From: Pseudomonadota bacterium
GTDB lineage: Bacteria; Bdellovibrionota; FAC87; UBA2466
NCBI GenBank assembly: GCA_043718025.1
Contig: JAYSWN010000167.1
Span: 1-21,981 of the forward strand
Reading direction: 5' to 3'
Length of the DNA stretch: 21,981 nucleotides
Both the position numbers and the translations under genes were made by a program. The notes under the pieces were generated by a model. It did not search any database and was not told where the DNA came from. It saw nothing but the letters and a program-made list of their open reading frames with translations. This document shows positions 16,635 to 21,981 of the stretch, piece by piece (position 1 is the stretch's first letter; the number at the start of each line of letters is the position of its first letter).

Positions 16635-18085
16635 GCGGCAAGTTTTTCTGTTTCCGAAGGGGGGATTGAGGTCATCGGGGTGTCTAATCCAGTTTCGGTG
16701 ATCAGAGCCTTCTCTTGGTAGCTATCGTAGTCGGAGTTGACCGACCAGAGATCATGCTTAGCGCCCAGGGCAATGTTTTCTGCCGCCAAAAGCCCCATCA
16801 ATATGCTGTGATCTTGATTGTTGTACTTAAAGGATCCGTAGCGGCCAATCAGCGATAGATTCGAAATTCCCTTGAGGAACTGGGCAATGGTATTCACGTG
16901 GGCCTTATAGCCACGTCGATAGACCGGGTAACAGCGAGGAATTCGTATGACCTTGCCGGCCAAAACCGTCTGCTTTCCAATGAGTTCCGCTTTGCGAATT
17001 TCCGACTTTGCAAGATCGATCAGTTTTTGGTCGTCTTCTTTCCACATCGCGTCGTTGTCATTGCACCAGTACTCGAGAGCTAAGATTGAATTTTCAGCGC
17101 CGTTATTAATGTCGGGAACCCAATTTTTGAAATTGGTCACTCGTCCCATTTTCAGATCGGGAGCGTGGACGTAAAGCCAATTGTCGGGAAAAAGTTTGCC
17201 ACCTTCAACGTGGAGATAGACCACAATGGTATTGCGGTAGGTGAGCGAATCTATCGCGGTAGCCACCGCATTTGGTACCGCTGCAATACTCTTGGCCAGC
17301 ACCGTCATCGGCATCGTCGACACCACGTGATCGTACGCGACGGAGTTTCCGTTGCTCAAGACGAGACCCACGGTCTTACCCTTTTCAATTTGAATGCCCT
17401 TAATTGCGGTGCTTAAGAAAACTTTACCGCCATTTCCTTCAACGAAGGTCGCCATTCGCTCGTAAACCGAGCCCGTGCCCTGTTTAGGATAGGCGAATTT
17501 ATCCACTAACGTACGGTGGCCGCCGTTACCAAAAAGCGCGCTTTTTGCGACTTGAAAAAGAGAGAGCTTACGAATTCTCTGGGCCGCAAAATCGGCATCG
17601 AGTTCGGAACAGGGAATTCCCCAGAGCTTCTCGCTATAGGACTTGAAAAATATTTGAAACAGACGCTGGCCAAATCGATCTTTTACCCATTGTTCGAAAC
17701 TGGGTTCTGAACTTTTAGGTAAGCACTTTTGCCATAGGTAACTCAGGCCACAGTAAAAGGTTTCGAACACTCCAAGTTGGGTAAGCGAATTCAGGGGTTC
17801 TAGTGGGTAATGAAAAAATTTTTTGTTGTAGTAGATGCGCGTCAGACGATCCACCATGGCGTAGTCTCGGCCAACGACTTCGAGCCAAAAGCGATTTACC
17901 CGCAAGTCGTCGCTAAAAAAACGATGGGGTCCAATGTCTACGGTTTGTCCCCACAAAGATAGGGAGCGCGCCATGCCGCCGACTTGGTCAGCCGCCTCAT
18001 AGACGTGAACTTCTACGCCACGTTTGGCCAGTTGGTACGCTGCGGTGAGTCCGGCGGGTCCAGCACCAATTACGGCAGTACGCAT
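16631..18085 (-). CDS. FAD-dependent oxidoreductase (HemY-like / UDP-galactopyranose mutase-like, glycan-cluster associated)
   Basis: VIGAGPAGLTAAYQL Rossmann motif, GGMARS, DIGPHRFFS, and GRYGSFKYNNQDHS; AGGAGA RBS. Confidence 0.9.
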   Translation of the reverse strand: MRTAVIGAGPAGLTAAYQLAKRGVEVHVYEAADQVGGMARSLSLWGQTVDIGPHRFFSDDLRVNRFWLEVVGRDYAMVDRLTRIYYNKKFFHYPLEPLNSLTQLGVFETFYCGLSYLWQKCLPKSSEPSFEQWVKDRFGQRLFQIFFKSYSEKLWGIPCSELDADFAAQRIRKLSLFQVAKSALFGNGGHRTLVDKFAYPKQGTGSVYERMATFVEGNGGKVFLSTAIKGIQIEKGKTVGLVLSNGNSVAYDHVVSTMPMTVLAKSIAAVPNAVATAIDSLTYRNTIVVYLHVEGGKLFPDNWLYVHAPDLKMGRVTNFKNWVPDINNGAENSILALEYWCNDNDAMWKEDDQKLIDLAKSEIRKAELIGKQTVLAGKVIRIPRCYPVYRRGYKAHVNTIAQFLKGISNLSLIGRYGSFKYNNQDHSILMGLLAAENIALGAKHDLWSVNSDYDSYQEKALITETGLDTPMTSIPPSETEKLAA

Positions 18086-18509
18086 GGGGGGAATCTCCTC
18101 GTCTCAACTTGTCGGTTTGATTTCCAAGGGGCTGCAGAGATATTTGCAGTTATGGGCTTCGATTAATGGCTGAGCGCGGTCAATTTTTGGCCATTCGCGT
18201 TAGCGAAATTTAGATGGGGAGCGTCTTTTCTCTTCTTCTGGGGCTGCACAAACAACGGCCGCTGACGTTCTTATAAAATTATACGCTAAGTTAGGAGTAT
18301 GGCGTTCTTCTTTTGAACCAAACCGAGTGAATAGCTAGGAAATTAGTTGCGGATTTGAGCCCGCAAGGTCACCATTTAGAGACGGCGGTTGCCCTCTAAG
18401 GATAACGCGAGGCGCAGTGAGATCTAGTCCCCGGCCCGATCGTCATTTTTCCCGCAAAATTATTCAAGCTGTTCATCAAAATTCCCGACTCCATGAAAAC
18501 TGGCGCACT

Positions 18510-19664
18510 ATGAAAAAAATCCCCTTCAATTTGCCTACCCCTTTGGGAAATGAGCTCACCTATCTTGCGGAAGCTTTGCGCTCGGAGAAAATTTCCGGTG
18601 ACGGGGCCTTCACCCAAAAGTGCCACGATCTGTTGCAAAGCTGGGTAGGTTGCAAAAAGGCCCTCTTAACCACTTCGTGCACCCACGCCCTAGAAATGGT
18701 GGCCCTGCTTTTAGACATAAAGGAAGGCGATGAAATTATCGTGCCCACCTTTACGTTTGTTTCTACCGTGAACGCTTTTATGCTTCGCGGAGCGGTTCCG
18801 GTATTCGTGGATAGTCGAACCGACACCCTCAATATTGACGAGCGTTTAATCGAGAAGAAAATTTCGAAACGAACTAAGGCCATCGTGGTGGTTCACTACG
18901 GCGGGGTAGCTTGTGAGATGGATGAGATTTTAGCGCTTGGTCTCAAGCACAATATTCCCGTCGTCGAAGACAACGCCCACGGTCTAGGTGCCACCTATAA
19001 AGGTCGGCAACTCGGTTCCCTTGGCACCTTCGCCACGTTGAGTTTTCATGAGACTAAAAATTTCTCATGCGGTGAGGGTGGAGCCTTATTGATTAACGAC
19101 CCTCAGTATTTTGAGCGGGCTGAAATCATTCGCGAAAAAGGGACCAATCGTAGCCGTTTTTTTCGCGGCGAGGTAGACAAGTACAACTGGGTCGACGTTG
19201 GTTCTAGTTATCTTCCGTCCGACTTATTGGCGGCGGTATTGTTGGCTCAACTCGAGGCCCGTAACGAAATCTTAAATCGACGTAAAGAGATTTGGGATTT
19301 TTACTACCGGGAGCTTGCCCCCGTTGCCGAGAAGTATGGCATTCAACTGCCGACGGTTCCCCCGACTTGCCAGAGTTCTTACCTTCTCTTTCACCTTATT
19401 GCGCCGAGCGCTGGCCAAAGAGATTCGCTGTTACGCCATATGAAAGCAAACGGGGTCTGGGCACTTTTTCACTACTTACCATTGCACCAGTCTCCGTTTA
19501 TGAAGGCCGGGGGGTACGTGGGGTCTTGCCCGGTTGCCGAAGATTTGTCTGAAAGGTTGATTCGTTTACCGTTGTACTTTTCAATTTTACAAGAGCAGCA
19601 ACGAACGGTTGTTGATTTGTTGCACGCCTTTTTTAGCGCTACCGCAATCAAAGTAGCGGCCTAG
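18510..19664 (+). CDS. rffA: dTDP-4-amino-4,6-dideoxygalactose transaminase (DegT/DnrJ/EryC1/StrS family)
   Basis: Start MKKIPFN at ATG 18510; LLTTSCTHALEM, FVSTVNAF, VEDNAHG, SFHETKN (PLP Lys), GEGG, EKGTNRSRFFRGEVDKY, FHYLPLH and RLPL. Confidence 0.95.
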   Translation: MKKIPFNLPTPLGNELTYLAEALRSEKISGDGAFTQKCHDLLQSWVGCKKALLTTSCTHALEMVALLLDIKEGDEIIVPTFTFVSTVNAFMLRGAVPVFVDSRTDTLNIDERLIEKKISKRTKAIVVVHYGGVACEMDEILALGLKHNIPVVEDNAHGLGATYKGRQLGSLGTFATLSFHETKNFSCGEGGALLINDPQYFERAEIIREKGTNRSRFFRGEVDKYNWVDVGSSYLPSDLLAAVLLAQLEARNEILNRRKEIWDFYYRELAPVAEKYGIQLPTVPPTCQSSYLLFHLIAPSAGQRDSLLRHMKANGVWALFHYLPLHQSPFMKAGGYVGSCPVAEDLSERLIRLPLYFSILQEQQRTVVDLLHAFFSATAIKVAA

Positions 19665-19705
19665 GTTCGATCGTGCTCGATTAGGCCCGGGTAGAAAACT
19701 CGCCA

Positions 19706-20770
19706 TTACCCCCCCTCGTACGACCCTCTTACGTTAAGGCCAGTTAAATTCAAAACTCCGCAATTGCCTCCGTCACCGAAGGCGTCGACACGAATTGAGA
19801 TCAGCAATCTTCCGCCGACTAAAAGCGACGAGGGTGGCACGATATGTCTTAAAGTTCTCTCCGCAGTCCCAGTCACATAAGAATCGGTGACCCAACGGCC
19901 TCGGCCACCCCGCTGCCGGTTGTCCCATAGGCCGATTTGAAACGCAGCTTCCGTCGTGATGGGATTGATACAATTGGGATTGGAATAGAGGGCGGTGCCC
20001 CCCTCGCCTGTGGCAACCACCACCACCTCGTTGTAATTTTCAATGTCAGAGGGGGGGGCGAAAAGAGCATCGACTCTCAGGTGATAGGAACCCAGCTGAC
20101 CGGGTGGCATCGTAGTCGTTCCGATTAATTGATCAAGAATTTGCATGGGCGTAGTATTGAATAGTAAGGGAGGATTGCTCCCTTCCTGGTTCAAGAACTC
20201 AATATTACCGGCACCCGCGGTTTTGGAAATTCCGATGAAACTCTCCGGATTAGTGAAAAAGCCCGCCGTCGCCGGGACGCAATTCGGAACGCGGTCGGGC
20301 GTGGAAGCAGAATAAGTAGAGGTCAGCTGAATTTCCTTCGATGAGATATCCACGGTGTTTTGCGCCAATACGTATTCTTGGGGCGGCGAGTTTGGCACAA
20401 AGAGTTGGGGCAGCGTCGTGGCGTTGGTGGGGATGGCGCCGTGAAAACCGAGCACCGAAAAGCGATAAGTACCGGATGCCAAGTTTAGCGAAACCCCGCT
20501 TTTCGTAAGCTGGGTGTAGGTAAGGGGAAAAATTACGGTGCCGTTAGCGTACAAGCAAGACAGCGAACGGTTTTCTAAAGAGTTTGTTGCCAAGGTGTTG
20601 TTCAGATTTCCCGAAACCACCAATGCATAATATTGAAACTCAGCAATCGGCGGGCCACTGCGTGAGTTGCTTGCCGTAGATTGCATGCGAATCATTACGG
20701 TTGGGGGGGAGGGGGAAAGCGAGCAACGCGACGCGCAAACCAATAGGAGTAAAACCGCCAACATTCTCAT
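19706..20770 (-). CDS. Hypothetical exported protein or lipoprotein
   Basis: Track ORF starts at 20848. ATG 20770 gives a signal MRMLAVLLLLVCASRC with an atypical lipobox; beta-rich body with several Cys. Confidence 0.75.
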   Translation of the reverse strand: MRMLAVLLLLVCASRCSLSPSPPTVMIRMQSTASNSRSGPPIAEFQYYALVVSGNLNNTLATNSLENRSLSCLYANGTVIFPLTYTQLTKSGVSLNLASGTYRFSVLGFHGAIPTNATTLPQLFVPNSPPQEYVLAQNTVDISSKEIQLTSTYSASTPDRVPNCVPATAGFFTNPESFIGISKTAGAGNIEFLNQEGSNPPLLFNTTPMQILDQLIGTTTMPPGQLGSYHLRVDALFAPPSDIENYNEVVVVATGEGGTALYSNPNCINPITTEAAFQIGLWDNRQRGGRGRWVTDSYVTGTAERTLRHIVPPSSLLVGGRLLISIRVDAFGDGGNCGVLNLTGLNVRGSYEGG

Positions 20771-20777
20771 TGGCCAA

Positions 20778-20786
20778 AGAATAGCA
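20778..20786 (-). promoter_or_regulatory. Extended -10 promoter, possible leaderless transcript
   Basis: TG-c-TATTCT lies 7 nt upstream of ATG 20770, with no SD. Confidence 0.45.
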
Positions 20787-20857
20787 TTTTTTTTCGTAGC
20801 GATCGCCCGAATCACGTCGCGGCGATGACGCAGTCGCAAATAGGTCACCTCGCTAAA

Positions 20858-21649
20858 TTAATATAACGAAACGGTTTCTATCGACGCTACGCAGGCGTGG
20901 TAGCAACGGTTGGCCGCCCGCGCCGGTAGGCTTTGCAGCCAGCGGTAGTGTAGGTAGTCACAGGTTTCAATTCCGAGCTCGCCCTCTCCGAACGAGTTCA
21001 GCTCGTTGCAAGAAGCGTTGGCCACTACTGGCGCAGGCGTTGGTGAAATTGAATTGTTGATCGATGTCGCCAAGTAAAGGTATTGGGAAAGACCATCGAA
21101 CTGACTCTGAATGGGAGCGGTAGCTAGATTTCGAATTGGCTGAATTCCAAACAGCCCAACCAATAGTTGATTGCGTAGCATCGCGTCCGATTCGCTCCGA
21201 AGGGTACCGTAAAGCTCTACAAATTCGCGACTCAGAGGAATGATGGGATTGGGTTCCGCCGGAGCGGGTGGCGGTGCGATGGCGATGGGCATCACATCGG
21301 CCGTAATCGCGGTAAGGACCGAGCACACCCCGTAGTTATTGCCGTGGCACAATTTATAAGCATCCCCGACATTCATGGTGCGGGTAAAGTCGGCCGAGGT
21401 ACGAACGGAGTTGGTCGGAACTCCCTTTTCGCAGAAAAAATTTTGTATGTGGATGATCTGGCTATTGGCGTCAACCATATGCACGCAGGTATCGAAGTCT
21501 TTTCTATACGACACCGTGATCTGATTTCCTGATTTTGCAATCCGATAGAGACTGACGCTATCGGCATTGGCCGTTCGTGGAAAAGCCAAGGTTGTGATGA
21601 TGAGAAAAACGAACGCAAGTGTGATCTTACTTAGTGTGATGCCGTACAT
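20858..21649 (-). CDS. Secreted Cys-rich two-domain hypothetical protein
   Basis: Signal peptide ending ANA; 4-Cys beta domain; Pro-rich linker APPPAPAEPNP; helical domain with 4 more Cys; GGGGG RBS-like sequence. Confidence 0.8.
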   Translation of the reverse strand: MYGITLSKITLAFVFLIITTLAFPRTANADSVSLYRIAKSGNQITVSYRKDFDTCVHMVDANSQIIHIQNFFCEKGVPTNSVRTSADFTRTMNVGDAYKLCHGNNYGVCSVLTAITADVMPIAIAPPPAPAEPNPIIPLSREFVELYGTLRSESDAMLRNQLLVGLFGIQPIRNLATAPIQSQFDGLSQYLYLATSINNSISPTPAPVVANASCNELNSFGEGELGIETCDYLHYRWLQSLPARAANRCYHACVASIETVSLY

Positions 21650-21685
21650 TGCTGCCCCCTAGTTACGAATCTAAATAAGAAGAGA

Positions 21686-21701
21686 AGCAGAAATCATACC
21701 T
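21686..21701 (-). promoter_or_regulatory. Putative sigma54 (-24/-12) promoter
   Basis: Minus strand reads AGGTATGATTTCTGCT, with GG and GC at canonical spacing (TGGCAC-N5-TTGCW), about 37 bp upstream of ATG 21649. Confidence 0.45.
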
Positions 21702-21846
21702 AGTCTCACGCCGACCAAAAATCAGCGCTAGACCGGCTTTTTGATTGGGTATTTCGCCGACGGTGCGTCGGTGTGCTAAGGCTTGAGCATTTGGATAACT
21801 ATTAGGCGATCGACTGATCTAGTGACAATGTCGGGGCTCTTTCCCC

Positions 21847-21904
21847 TAAAAGTTGGCGGTACGTTCGCCATCCGTTAAAAGTTGGCGGTACGTTCGCCAT
21901 CCGT
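21847..21904. repeat. Perfect 29-bp tandem duplication
   Basis: TAAAAGTTGGCGGTACGTTCGCCATCCGT occurs at 21847-21875 and 21876-21904. Each unit has a TGGCG-N7-CGCCA hairpin. Confidence 0.95.
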
Positions 21905-21935
21905 CCTTGCGAGCCACGAAGTGGCGCGGCAATCC
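21903..21935. repeat. Left half of a REP/RPE-like palindromic element
   Basis: GTCCTTGCGA-GCCAC-GAA-GTGGC-GCGGCAATCC has the same layout as the left arm of 6419-6510. The right arm is not within the window. Confidence 0.65.
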
Positions 21936-21981
21936 TTGGCCGATGATTGATGAGAGACAAAGTTTTACTTACCTTTATTCC

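Noticed and set aside
16631..18085. Calling the flavoenzyme hemY or glf
   Set aside because: Fold similarity only. Context points to glycan metabolism but the motifs do not fix the reaction.
18384..18391. ops/JUMPstart-like GGCGGTTG upstream of rffA
   Set aside because: Mismatch to GGCGGTAG, no JUMPstart context and no long operon downstream.
18417..18509. N-terminal extension of RffA from GTG 18417
   Set aside because: Family members begin at about IPFN, so ATG 18510 fits better.
20051..20058. G8 tract as a phase-variation site
   Set aside because: Short and in frame, and similar A/T runs are common here; no evidence without reads.
799..21618. Numerous 60-160 aa ORFs antisense to or nested in the main genes
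   Set aside because: Shadow ORFs without motifs, signals or RBS support.
21847..21904. CRISPR array
   Set aside because: Only two units, no spacer and no cas genes in the window.

Overview
A bacterial chromosomal window of about 50% GC, densely coded, with no rRNA, tRNA, CRISPR array or intact transposase that I can see. Positions 1-7900 are mostly secreted or lipoprotein hypotheticals. They include a three-gene operon (BamE-like Cys-rich lipoprotein, coiled-coil lipoprotein, HExxH metallopeptidase) and a two-gene secreted-protein operon with a sigma70-like promoter, a structured ~160-nt leader and a strong terminator. Positions 7900-19700 form a loose surface-glycan modification region: GT2, a signal-peptide-bearing SAM methyltransferase, two GT-C-like membrane proteins, acyltransferase-3, SGNH hydrolase, FAD oxidoreductase and RffA/WecE transaminase. 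Two more exported hypotheticals and a repeat-rich intergenic stretch end the window. The many orphan Cys-containing exported proteins suggest a Bdellovibrionota/deltaproteobacterial-type genome, but this is inference only. The best leads are: the two-conformer leader RNA at 6741-6870; an apparently exported methyltransferase sharing a post-signal C-x-x-(Y)-L motif with two other orphans; three glycan enzymes that all end in K-x-A-A; and a dispersed 32-bp intergenic repeat plus REP/RPE-like palindromes. All family calls come from motif recognition by eye; no database searches were run.
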